DNA of 23,520 bases from Macrostomum lignano (GCA_002269645.1 NIVC01005179.1:1-23520); one strand, 5' to 3'. Positions 1 through 9,912 are shown, numbered from the stretch's first letter. The notes: a model not told the origin generated them from the letters alone. Made by a program: numbers and translations.

Positions 1-117
1 TTGCATTTACAGTTGCAGTTACAGTTGCAGTTGCAGTTGAAGTTGCACTTGAAGTTGCAGTTACAGTTACAGTTGCAGTTGCAGTTGCAGTTTCACTTGA
101 AGTTACAGTTACAGTTA
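1..117. repeat. Degenerate hexamer microsatellite (CAGTTG/CAGTTA)n, left part
   Basis: Runs of ttgcag/ttacag/ttgaag from the window start to about 117. The same repeat resumes at 2151, after the retroelement. Confidence 0.95.
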
Positions 118-199
118 AAGTGGAATCCCTGGAATCCGGGGCACGCACGAGCACCTTATCCACTGGATCATGTACATGGTCTCCCATCGTACTGCCACC

Positions 200-930
200 T
201 CGCACCTCCTGGGACACTCCCGCTCTGTGGAGGTCCAGAAAGGCGAACCGCAAGGTGGAGTCCTCAGCCCGATCCTCTGGAATTTAGCCATGGACGAGCT
301 GCTCTGCAGCCCGCATCCGGACCCGGTTCAGATGGTCGGCTATGCGGACGATGTTACCGCCACTGTGGCTGGACCATCACCCGCGGTCCTCAGGGACCTC
401 CTTCAAGCCTTCATCCACCGTGCCGAGCGCTGGGCACATAGCTGCGGTCTCAGGTTCTCTGAGTCTAAAACCGTGGCTATTATGTTCACCAGTCGCCGAA
501 ACTGGAGGATCGAACCGCTCTCCCTCTATGGCAAACCCTTGCCATGGAGAAACAAACCAGATGTCTGGGTGTCACCCTCGACCACAGGTTGAGTTGGACT
601 CCGCACGTCCAATCCAAAGCCCGCAAAGCCCTCGCGACTCTCGCGCAGATCCGCAGAGCTTTCGGCGCCACCTGGGGCCTCACCCCCCGCCGCCTCTGGT
701 GATTTACACTGCCATTGTTAGACCGGCCATCTTCGCCGGCTTCATTTGGAACAGTGCTCTAGAGGTGAAAGGGGTTCTTGAGGCTCTAAATAGGGTGCAA
801 GGCCGCGCTTGTCGAGCTATCATGAGCGCGGCTCCCTCTACGCCCTTCGCTGGGATGAACTCCTTCATGGACATTCCCCCTCGACCTCTTTGTCAGAAAG
901 GAGGCAATGAAGACCACCCGCCGTCTACTT
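200..930 (+). pseudogene. Reverse transcriptase (domains 4-7 and thumb) of the non-LTR element, frameshifted
   Basis: ORF 170..592 carries QGGVLSP and YADD. The continuation switches frame near 560 and again near 700 (tgg tga ttt ac where W-W-I-Y is expected). Confidence 0.88.
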
Positions 931-1134
931 GACGCGGGTGTCCAAATCCAGAAGCAGTTCGCCTTTAGAAAGCGGAACCTATGGCCGCACGGCGACCTCA
1001 GCATGCGAGACCTGGAAGCAGCGGGAGGCCTGCTGACCCTCTCGGACGGAATCCCGTCCACGCTCTGCTCTCCGCTCAAATTCAAAACAGCATTCCACCA
1101 CGTCATGAAGCAAGGGACAACTGGAAATCCCGTG

Positions 1135-1560
1135 AAATCCACTGCTTCACTGACAAGACCCAAATCAACTCCGCCCTGGCTACGGCTACTGCATCGTGTC
1201 TGGAGGGAGAACTGTGGCGACCTTCTCCAGCACACCGGCACCTGCTCCACCGTCTTCCAGAACGAAGTTCTCGCCATCTGCTCCTGTGCCATGGAGCTGT
1301 ACAATCAGCGCGTCTGGGGAAGGAAATTACCCTCCACTCGGACAGTGAAGCTGCTATTCACGCCCTTGAGCGCACCACCACCTGCTCGCGTACAGTCCTT
1401 GACTGCATCGGGCAGCTCAACCGCTTAGGCGCCTCCAACAAGGTGTCCCTAAGGTGGATCCCAGGGCACTCGGACCACCCCGGCAATGAGTTGGCCGATC
1501 GCCTGGCCAAGGATGGCCCAACCGGTTCTTTTACTGGTCCTCTGCCCGTGGCCCCCACCC
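1135..1560 (+). pseudogene. RNase H domain of the non-LTR element
   Basis: Within ORF 981..1724: FTD, E..AI, SDSEAA, WIPGHSDHPGNELADRLAK. Confidence 0.88.
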
Positions 1561-1789
1561 CCACCGCCGTTGTCACCACTCGGATCAACCAGTGGGTGGC
1601 TCAAAGCACAAGGAAATGTGGCCTTACGCCCCAGACTGCCGGGAATCCCGCGCGGCTGTCCCCTGTTCTCCCCGCCCTCCACAGGGCCCTGCTTGGACTC
1701 AACCGCAGGGACATCAGGCGGTGACCATGGCCCTCTCGGGTCATGGCTGTTTTGCCAGGCATCGCTACCTCCAGGGAAAAATCCGCAGT

Positions 1790-1860
1790 GAGGAATGCCC
1801 ATTCTGCCTCTCCGGTGTCGAGAATGCGGAGCACTTTATCTGTGAATGCCCCGCCTTTAC
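1790..1860 (+). pseudogene. C-terminal CCHC zinc knuckle of the non-LTR ORF2
   Basis: CPFCLSGVENAEHFICECP in ORF 1592..2053, typical of non-LTR ORF2 C-termini. Confidence 0.8.
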
Positions 1861-2150
1861 TCAGGACAGGCTCACCCACCTCGGCCCAAACCCGGACCTC
1901 TCCGACGTTTTCAGGCCCGAGAATCTCTGCCAGCTCGTCCGCTACCTAAGGGCTACTGGGCGAGCGGCAGTCCACCTCCTGGACCCTCCGGAGGGGGACC
2001 ACGCTGCGGACATCGGCGCCACCGGAACTCCCTGCGCGACACCGCAGCACTAGCTGCCCGTGGTCGCCAGGGGCTAGCGAAATGGGCAGCAACGCCTCCT
2101 CGCTGTTTCCGGACGCACGGAGCCCGTGCAGCTAAGTCAAGTAAGTCAAG

Positions 2151-2306
2151 TGCAGTTGCAGTTGCAGTTGCAGTTAGAGTTGCATTAACAGTAGCAGTTA
2201 CAGTTGCAGTTGCAGTTGCAGTTAGAGTTGCATTAACAGTAGCAGTTACAGTTGCAGTTGCAGTTACAGTTACAGTTACAGTTGCAGTTGCAGTTGTAGT
2301 TGCAGT
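2151..2306. repeat. Hexamer microsatellite (CAGTTG/CAGTTA)n, right part
   Basis: Same unit as 1..117, starting directly after the element's 3' tail. Confidence 0.95.
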
Positions 2307-2761
2307 AACTAACTAGTGCATTTTGTTTCTAAATAGCTACTTGCATCACATCTGAGCATACAGTCGGGTATCACTATATGGAGAGAACGACTTTAGTTCA
2401 AAATTTTTATTTCGTATAATGGATTTAAATTTGGTTTGCCAACCAAAATATCCCGATTCAAATTACACTGTTTAAATTTGATTTCTTCCCAATCCGCTAA
2501 ACAATCCTATGTACAGGTAGACAGTCCAGATTCCAGGCTCAGTGATCCTTGCACTGCCTGTGCTCATTGGGCGACCCTTCATTCAACTTGCTTGTCAGTT
2601 GTGGCGACTTTTGTAGCAATTGAAGAGATCTTGCTGCCAGAAATCTCCCTCATTTATCATAAATCAGGAGTTTCAATCAACGCCTTGATTTGATGCGTGA
2701 ACTCACATTGAAGTTCTGAATTTTCATTTCATTGGTGCATATATTTTATATTTGGAGTTTG

Positions 2762-3915
2762 GCGTCATGTCAAACATAAAAGACGCGTCATGTCAAACAT
2801 TAAAGACGCGTCATGTCAAACATAAAAGACGCGTCATGTCAAACATAAAAGACGCGTCATGTCAAACATAAAAGACACGTTATGTAAAACATAAAAGACG
2901 CATCATGTCAAACATAAAAGATACGTCATGTCAAAAATAAAAGACATGACATGTTAAACATAAAAGACGCGTCATGTAAAACATAAAACACGCGTCATGT
3001 CAAACATAAAAGATACGTCATGTCAAAAATAAAAGACACGAAATGTTAAACATAAAAGACGCGTCATGTCAAACATAAAAGACGCGTCATGTCAAACATT
3101 AAAGACGCGTCATGTAAAACATAAAAGACGCGTCATGTCAAACATAAAAGATACGTCATGTCAAAAATAAAAGACACGACATGTTAAACAAAAAAAGACG
3201 CGTCATGTAAAACATAAAAGACGCGTCATGTCAAACATAAAAGATACGTCATGTCAAAAATAAAAGACACGACATGTTAAACATAAAAGACGCGTCATGT
3301 CAAACATAAAAGACGCGTCATGTCAAACATAAAAGACGAGTCATGTAAAACATAAAGGACGCGTCATGTCAAACATAAAAGATACGTCATGTCAAACATA
3401 AAGACACGTCATGTCAAACATAAAAGACGCGTCATGTCAAACATAAAAGACGAGTCATGTAAAACATAAAGGACGCGTCATGTCAAACATAAAAGACGCG
3501 TCATGTCAAACATAAAAGACACGTCATGTAAAACATAAAAGACGCGTCATGTCAAACATAAAAGATACGTCATGTCAAAAATAAAAGACACGACATGTTA
3601 AACATAAAAGACGCGTCATGTCAAAAATAAAAGACACGACATGTTAAACATAAAAGACACGACATGTTAAACATAAAACACGCGTCATGTCAAACATAAA
3701 AGATACGTCATGTAAAACATAAAAGACGCGTCATGTCAAACATAAAGGACACGTCATGTAAAACATATATAAGAAGCGTCATGTAATAAATAGACACGTC
3801 ATGTAAAAATAGACACGTCATGTAAAACTTAAAACACACGTCATGTCAAACAAAAGAAGCCCGATGTCAAACAAAAGAAGCGTCATTTCAAATAAAAGAA
3901 GGGTCACGTCAAACA
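2762..3915. repeat. 23-bp tandem satellite (GTCATGTCAAACATAAAAGACGC)n, about 50 copies
   Basis: Direct tandem repeats without spacers, degenerating toward 3900. Confidence 0.97.
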
Positions 3916-4112
3916 TAACTGGCTCGGGGAGGATTGCTAAGATGTCAAAAGTTCATACAGGAATTGATGCAAATCTGTGGCTCATGGGGTTGCTCTGTTG
4001 CTTTTTGAGCCAAAGCACATTGGGGATGCTTTTTTGCCCTAATCGTCATGTTCTTCAAGAAATCAACAATGGTGCCTTTACGAGGTCAAAGCCTATGACT
4101 ATGTACTCGTAG

Positions 4113-4118
4113 TTTATT
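4113..4118 (-). promoter_or_regulatory. Putative polyadenylation signal of ICK-1
   Basis: TTTATT on the + strand (AATAAA on -), about 100 bp downstream of the stop. Confidence 0.45.
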
Positions 4119-4214
4119 TAAAAATAATGTATTTCATTTTTGCTGTCTTCCCAGCGGAAGGAATGCTGACAGACAGCTAATGATATTACGAATAATATTT
4201 GTATGAACTGCAAA

Positions 4215-5178
4215 TTACAAATTTCGGCCCACTCGCACCAGCAACAGGCAGGCCAGTGTTAGCATGGTGACACGCTGGCTGACTTGCAAACCGGAACTTC
4301 TGCCGGATTTGGCTGCCGCGGTCGAGCCGTGAATGCAGTAGCCGAAAGGAAACGCGGGGTTGGCGTCGCAGGCGCCCGAGCAGCAGTCCGGGCCGGTGGT
4401 GCAGGGGTCGCCGCCCTTTCCACAGGGTCGGCTGCCCAGGATTCCGGGAGCTGCTGGGAAGGTAGTGGATTGCTGGGCATACTGAGTTGAACACGGGCTG
4501 GGAAGAGCAACTCTGAGTCTCGCGCCACGACTCCTGGTTCGATTCCTACCAGGATTTTGACTTTCTAACGATTTGATGTGCACCCTGTGTGAGCGTGTGC
4601 ACGAGTGCGTGCCTGAGTACAGTTATTGGCGCTCTTGAGTGTGCTCAGGAGTCAGCTGAATGAGCAGAATTGCCCCAGCGCTGGCTGTGGGTCGATGCCT
4701 CCGAAGGCGTTGCGCCAGGGTGGCTGCAGCCTGCGTACAGTTGTTTTTGTATTTTACACAGTTGGAACAGGCGTGCATGTATGTATTGATAGAGGCAGGG
4801 GCTGTGTGCACGTACGCAGTCACACGCACAGGCACACACTCACACAGGAGTGCACAGCGGCCCTGACTTAATTTATCGTTTCGGCATGTACACTTCCCAC
4901 TTCCTTGAGGGTCGGCCCTCAAAGGGCGTTAATTGCACGAGCAGAGCCGAGCAGAGATTCCAATTCAGGCCCAAATTAAGGCGACTACACTTGGAATCGA
5001 GCCTGGGCCGCTGGCACATCAGAGCACCGCACTGGACCTCTGGGCTGCGCCCCCCACCCCCGTAATAATACAAAGTTCATGAAAGTGGTATTATTAAACA
5101 AAGTATAACTGACTGACCTGTGTGCAGAGCAAGAAAGATTACAAGTCTCAGATAGCGACCTGGTGTGTTGGTTGACAT
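4215..5178 (-). CDS. ICK-1: secreted cystine-knot (knottin) peptide, two exons, join(5178..5118,4450..4215)
   Basis: Exon 1 encodes MSTNTPGRYLRLVIFLALHT+G and ends at donor CAG|GTCAGT (phase 1). Acceptor TTCCCAGCAG|CT at 4451/4450. Spliced product: MSTNTPGRYLRLVIFLALHTAPGILGSRPCGKGGDPCTTGPDCCSGACDANPAFPFGYCIHGSTAAAKSGRSSGLQVSQRVTMLTLACLLLVRVGRNL*. Framework C-X6-C-X5-CC-X3-C-X10-C. AATAAA on the minus strand at 4118-4113. Confidence 0.8.
4577..4856. other. Imperfect ~45-bp inverted repeats bracketing ~280 bp (MITE-like) in the ICK-1 intron
   Basis: Left TGTGCAC-CCTGTGTGAGCGTGTGC matches the reverse complement of the right end, TGTGCACTCCTGTGTGAGTGTGTGC. No clear target-site duplication; the arms are partly low complexity. 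Confidence 0.4.
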
Positions 5179-5405
5179 TTAAAAGAAGATACTCAAAAGC
5201 TGCAAAAATTACCTAAGCCTGAAGACACGCAAGTTGCCAGGCCTGAGGAGCAACTATAGAAATCTAAACAAGTCAACACTGTCTATGGCCACAGCAGCAA
5301 ACTGAATCAAAGTCGCATGGGAATTTGTTAAGGACAAGTAGGAGCATTATTTAAAACGTTGAGCGATATTTGAAAAGCTGACGCTGAGCTGACCGACAAA
5401 GCGCG
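5179..5405. promoter_or_regulatory. Putative bidirectional promoter region between ICK-1 and ICK-2
   Basis: Only 227 bp separate the two divergent ATGs (5178 on -, 5406 on +). TATA-like TATTTAAAA near 5348. Transcription starts are not visible from sequence. Confidence 0.5.
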
Positions 5406-6091
5406 ATGTGGCAGATTGGCTTTCTCTTGTTGGTACTTTTTGCCTCTTTGCTCATGGGTGAGTAAAAAGTGAATTTGTAGTTTCTGACCAAATGGCACCT
5501 GTTTCACCTCCGACAGATGTGACCTTATCCAAACAGATGTGATCTGAGAGATGTGACATCCTAAAGACAGATGTGATCCTCACCAAACAGATGTAACCTA
5601 TACCGAAAAGATGTGACCTCCACCAGACAGATGTGACCTCCACCCAGACAGATGTGACCTCCACCCAGACAGATGTGACTCTCACAAGACAGATGTGACC
5701 ATCACCAGACAAATTTGACCTCCACCCAGACAAATTTGACCTATATCATACAGATGTGATCCCCAGCAGACAGATGTGATCCCCAGCAGACAGATGTGAT
5801 CCCCAGCAGACAGATGTGATCCCCAGCAGACAGATGTGATCCCCAGCAGACAGATGTGATCCCCAGCAGACAGATGTGATCTTTCCCAGACGTAAATTCT
5901 GACTACCATTATCTTTAAGAGCTCACACAATCGCCGCTCCCCTTCGCGCAGCTCCGAGGGAGGCGGCGGGCTGCAGCCGGCAGTGCAACGGCCTTGGCAA
6001 CGTGTGCAGGCGCCGCGCAGACTGCTGCGAGGGTCTCTACTGCATCGGTTTCGACCCCGTTGTTGGTCGATTCGGCCTCTGCACCGATTGA
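5406..6091 (+). CDS. ICK-2: secreted cystine-knot (knottin) peptide, two exons, join(5406..5457,5952..6091)
   Basis: Exon 1 encodes MWQIGFLLLVLFASLLM+G with donor G|GTGAGT (phase 1). Acceptor CCCTTCGCGCAG|CT at 5951/5952. Product: MWQIGFLLLVLFASLLMAPREAAGCSRQCNGLGNVCRRRADCCEGLYCIGFDPVVGRFGLCTD*. Framework C-X6-C-X5-CC-X4-C-X12-C. Absent from the ORF track because exon 2 has no Met. Confidence 0.85.
5512..5891. repeat. 20-21-bp minisatellite (CAGATGTGATCCCCAGCAGA)n in the ICK-2 intron
   Basis: About 18 units, diverged at the 5' side and near-identical from about 5750 to 5880. Confidence 0.93.
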
Positions 6092-6283
6092 CTCCGCTGC
6101 TGCGAGAGTCACGTGACACTTTTTATTGTTTTTTTTCTCTCAGTACGCTGTTCGATAAACTCGGATCAAAATTGTCTGCGTGGGTAATGGTGCATTTCTT
6201 TGAAGAGCGAACGGCGCCTCCAGTTTATATTGCTTAGATATATCGAGTCTTTAAATTATTAAATGTTTGGTTATTCAGTTACT

Positions 6284-6316
6284 TGCTTAGTTAGTTAATT
6301 AGTTAGTCAGTTAGTA

Positions 6317-6348
<32 letters not shown>

Positions 6349-6474
6349 GTTAGTTAGTTGTTAGTTAGTTTTTAGTTAGTTGTTAGTTAGTTGTTAGTTA
6401 GTTAGTTAGTTTTTAGTTAGTTGTTAGTTAGTTGTTAGTTAGTTAGTTGTTAGTTAGTTAGTTGTTAGTTAGTT

Positions 6475-6551
<77 letters not shown>

Positions 6552-6552
6552 C

Positions 6553-6607
<55 letters not shown>

Positions 6608-6620
6608 CAGTTAGTTAGTC

Positions 6621-6653
<33 letters not shown>

Positions 6654-6655
6654 AG
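6284..6655. repeat. (TTAG)n tetranucleotide microsatellite
   Basis: Long TTAG run with occasional TTG/TCAG interruptions. Confidence 0.97.
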
Positions 6656-7137
6656 TCTGCATGCAAACTAAGGAAATCTCCCATTGACCTGTAGCTCCAC
6701 ACTGCACTGTTTGCACACAAGGCAAATATGCATAATGCTATATCCGACTGAAAAACAGACTCCATTTGTTTCTGAGCAAAATTCACACAAGAAAAGCTCA
6801 GGTTAACCCCAACAACTGAGACTTGCTGGCCAACTTAGGTCACGATTGACACACGGAAACTTCCCCTAGTAGAAAGCTACGTAAAAGTCAATACAACAAT
6901 ATGACTACGATAGAACCGGAAGTGATCCATTTCTTGTAAACGACAATACCCCATGAAGATGATGACAATGACGATGAGGCACAAGAGATGCTGGCCAACT
7001 TCTTCATGCAGCTCGGAGGCATCGCTGACAAAGCGAAGGCAGTTTATAAAAAGACAAAAACCCATCAAATGAGACTTTTAGCACCCCCTGTCTGCAGAAT
7101 CCCCATCACCGATTCGATGCTTTCACCGCCAGTCAGA

Positions 7138-8372
7138 ATGAGAATTCTGCAGTCAGTTGCGTTGCTGTTTTGGACTGCCTTCGGCTGTGGCGCCCTGCTC
7201 GCCCTGCCGGCCGTCTCAGCCCAGGCCGTCACGACCTGGAAGCAGCTCCGAGGTGACGTCTCCGAGTACCGGCTGCTCAAATCGATCCGAGCTCAAGGCG
7301 AGACGCACTGCGTCAGCAGCGCTGCGGCGGCCGGGGCTCACGCGGCCTCCTTCGACGCTGCATCGGGCGGCTGCGACCTGCTGGTGTGCGACCGAGGTGG
7401 CCAGGACGGCTGCAGGAAGTGCCGGCATGAGAGCGACCTGAGTCTGCCGATGCTGTGGGTGAGTGAGCTGAGTCTGCCGTTGCTGTGGGTGAGTGAGCTG
7501 AGTCTGCTGATGATGCTGTGGGTGAGTGAGCTGAGTCTGCCGGTGCTGTGAGTGAGTGAGCTGAGTCTGCTGATGATGCTGTGGGTGAGTGAGCTGAGTC
7601 TGCCGATGCTGTGGGTGAGTGAGCTGAGTCTGCCGGTGCTGTAGGTGAGTGAGCTGAGTCCGCCGGTGCTGTGGGTGAGTGAGCTGAGTCTGCCGATGCT
7701 GTGAGTGAGTAAGCTGAGTCTGCTGATGATGCTGTGGGTGAGTGAGCTGAGACTTGGGTCGCTGACTGATGAATCGTCCTGTCTCTCAAACTGCAGATGA
7801 AAGAGCCGTCGGAAACCTGCTGGACGACGTTCCAGCGCAGAGTCGACGGCTCCGTCAGCTTCAACCGTGGCTGGTCGGAGTACGTCAGTGGATTCGGTCA
7901 GGGCGAGAGTCTCAACTACTGGATGGGGCTGGAGCAGCTGCACCAGCTCACCGCCACGGGAGTGTGGAGAGTCCGCTGGGAGTTCAGCGACTGGAACGGC
8001 ACCTGGTACTGGGCTGAGAATGCTCCGTTCTCTGTTGGCCCAGCGACTGACAAGTACAGGTGCTCGATGGGACCGTTGGACGCGAGCAGGTCGAGTGTCG
8101 GACAGCGAACTGATTGGGACTGGTCACCGAACAACTGGCAGTTCAGCACGCCGGATGCTGACAATGACAACTGGCCTGAGGGCAGCTGCGCCCATGACAG
8201 GTCAGCTGGTTGGTGGTTCGGCTGGTGCAATTTCATCAACCCCAACGGAGTGTACCTGGTGCCACCAGCCGCATTTTCAGGCGGAGGAATGTACTATTAT
8301 CTGCACGACGCTGGCCTGGAGCTGACGCTGTTCTACTCGATGAAGAACTTCGAATGCTTGATTCGCCAGTGA
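7138..8372 (+). CDS. FReD-A: secreted fibrinogen-related domain protein (ficolin/FREP-like), join(7138..7458,7797..8372), ~298 aa
   Basis: Signal peptide MRILQSVALLFWTAFGCGALLALPAVSA, then a Cys-containing N-terminal module. Donor TGG|GTGAGT (phase 0), acceptor CTGCAG|ATG. Exon 2 has FReD motifs WTTFQRRVDGSVSFNRGWSEYVSGFG, YWMGLEQLHQLT, FSTPDADNDN, CAH...GWWFGWC...NPNG. Which of the tandem donors is used is inferred. Confidence 0.85.
7438..7751. repeat. 30/33-bp tandem repeat spanning the exon-1 end and 5' splice site of FReD-A, 10 units
   Basis: Unit CTGAGTCTGCCGATGCTGTGG-GTGAGTGAG. Every unit contains GTGAGT. Confidence 0.93.
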
Positions 8373-8389
8373 TGACGGGGGGGAGTTAA

Positions 8390-8809
8390 TCCGTGGAGCT
8401 GAGACTGCATGGATTGAGTCACCCCGTGGAGCTGAGACTGCATGGATTGAGTCAACCCGTGGAGCTGAGACTGCATGGATTGAGTCACCCCGTGGAGCTG
8501 AGACTGCATGGATTGAGTCACCCGTGGAGCTGAGACTGCATGGATTGAGTCACCCGTGGAGCTGAGACTGCATGGATTGAGTCACCCCGTGGAGCTGAGA
8601 CTGCATGGATTGAGTCACCCAGTGGAGCTGAGACTGCATGGATTGAGTCACTCCGTGGAGCTGAGACTGCATGGATTGAGTCAACCCGTGGAGCTGAGAC
8701 TGCATGGATTGAGTCACCCAGTGGAGCTGAGACTGCATGGATTGAGTCACCCAGTGGAGCTGAGACTGCATGGATTGAGTCACCCCGTGGAGCTGAGACT
8801 GCATGGATT
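8390..8809. repeat. 32-33-bp tandem repeat (CCGTGGAGCTGAGACTGCATGGATTGAGTCAC)n directly after the FReD-A stop, about 13 units
   Basis: Starts about 18 bp after the TGA. An inverted copy lies at 18244..18661. Confidence 0.95.
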
Positions 8810-9912
8810 TATGAACTCAACAGACTTAACTTTTTCTTTAGATAGCTTGCTGGCTGTATGCATGTAATATGCCTATTTGGGAGCCCCGATACCTCATTAT
8901 TTATAAAATGACATGATATAGTTTAGTTTAGGTTTATTCAATAATGCGCATATGGGAGCTTCTTGTGAGGAAAATTTTCTTATAAGCTCAGCGGATAGCC
9001 TCGAAAAGGGGAGCTGAAATTGTCGCCACATAAATTGCGTGATGAACTCGTTTTGTTTCGAATGTTTCTTTGTTGTTATTTAATAGTGTTCCATGTCTGC
9101 AAATATTCAAATTAATGTACGAGTCAAGGGATTGCTTTTAGCTCTTACTCTGCCGGGTTTTTGTTTCACATTATTTATACGGTCGAAAGTCTATCTTGAT
9201 GAGCACTTATACGAACTGCACACCTTCTTGCTCCCGTGGCCGTGAAACAACCCTTTTTTGATGAAGTGCCATCTTTGTAAGTAGCCACCGCCAGTGGCTG
9301 CGAACCTTATTCAATTAATTAGTCTTCTGTCTCACCTTCATTCAGAATACTGTGTCACGTAAAAATTCAAAATACTCTGGTGTTCCAAAAGTAATTAGTC
9401 CCCCCCCCAAGGTAACTTCTAAACTGCGGTATATAAATGAATGAAAAATTACACACACACTCATGTATATGGGCCAAGCAGCTATGTAAAGTTTGGGCTC
9501 TCAGTCGAATACTTAAAAGAATCTATCAGGTAGAACGTGAAGCCTATATAATTAATGGTAAAAAACCAGAGCCGTGGTTTAAAAGAATTTTACTGGTGTC
9601 TAAAGTTAGTAGTTGTCTTTCTGTTTTTGAGTTGTCTGCCATACTTTTCTATAGGTAAAATGAGTGAAATACTGAAATGAGTTACAATAAAGAGAAGGTC
9701 AGGTTTTTTGCTTACACGTCAGAACAGCAACTTGGTGTATTTAGATCGATTAGTAATGGACGATATCGATGTAGCGCCCGCTAGGATCGAGTTTATTTTA
9801 ATCAATTCGCAATTGATAATAATCCAGTCAAATATTATGTTGCGATTTCAGGGCCGGTTTTACTGGCTCTGTAATCGGTTTTAGCTGACCGGGGCCGGTG
9901 CCTCTGCCCGCT

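Larger units (their letters stand above)
118..2150 (+). mobile_element. 5'-truncated, decayed non-LTR retrotransposon with RT, RNase H and C-terminal CCHC (I group, LOA/R1-like)
   Basis: RT motifs QGGVLSPILWNLAMDELL (~251) and GYADDV (~341). Thumb region LGVTLDHRLSW...ATWGLTPRRLW-IYTAIVRP is split over three frames. RNase H (CFTD...E..AI...ITLHSDSEAAIHAL...LRWIPGHSDHPGNELADRLAK), then a CPFC...EHFICEC knuckle. Ends in a (TAAGTCAAG)x2 tail at 2133-2150. No endonuclease or ORF1 present. Confidence 0.9.

Noticed and set aside
1-441. Poly-(LQ) ORF and poly-(VA) ORF at 1846..2316
   Set aside because: They are hexamer microsatellite translations fused to alternative frames of the retroelement.
4451-4583. 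N-terminal part of ORF 4215..4583 as the real ICK-1 start
   Set aside because: It has no signal peptide. A good acceptor at 4451 and a matching phase-1 signal exon at 5178..5118 explain the gene better.
5452-6119. Minus-strand ORFs over the ICK-2 intron and exon
   Set aside because: They derive from the minisatellite and the antisense of ICK-2 exon 2.
6284-6655. (TTAG)n as an interstitial telomere
   Set aside because: The unit is TTAG, not TTAGG or TTAGGG; it is an ordinary microsatellite.
6988-7137. Upstream in-frame extension of FReD-A
   Set aside because: The signal peptide begins at Met 7138 and FReD-B has no equivalent. The extension is probably UTR or an unrelated relic, though an upstream start is not excluded.
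7313-8804. Antisense and alternative-frame ORFs over the FReD genes and their repeats (also 18489..19649)
   Set aside because: They are by-products of GC-rich coding sequence and of repeat units that are multiples of 3.
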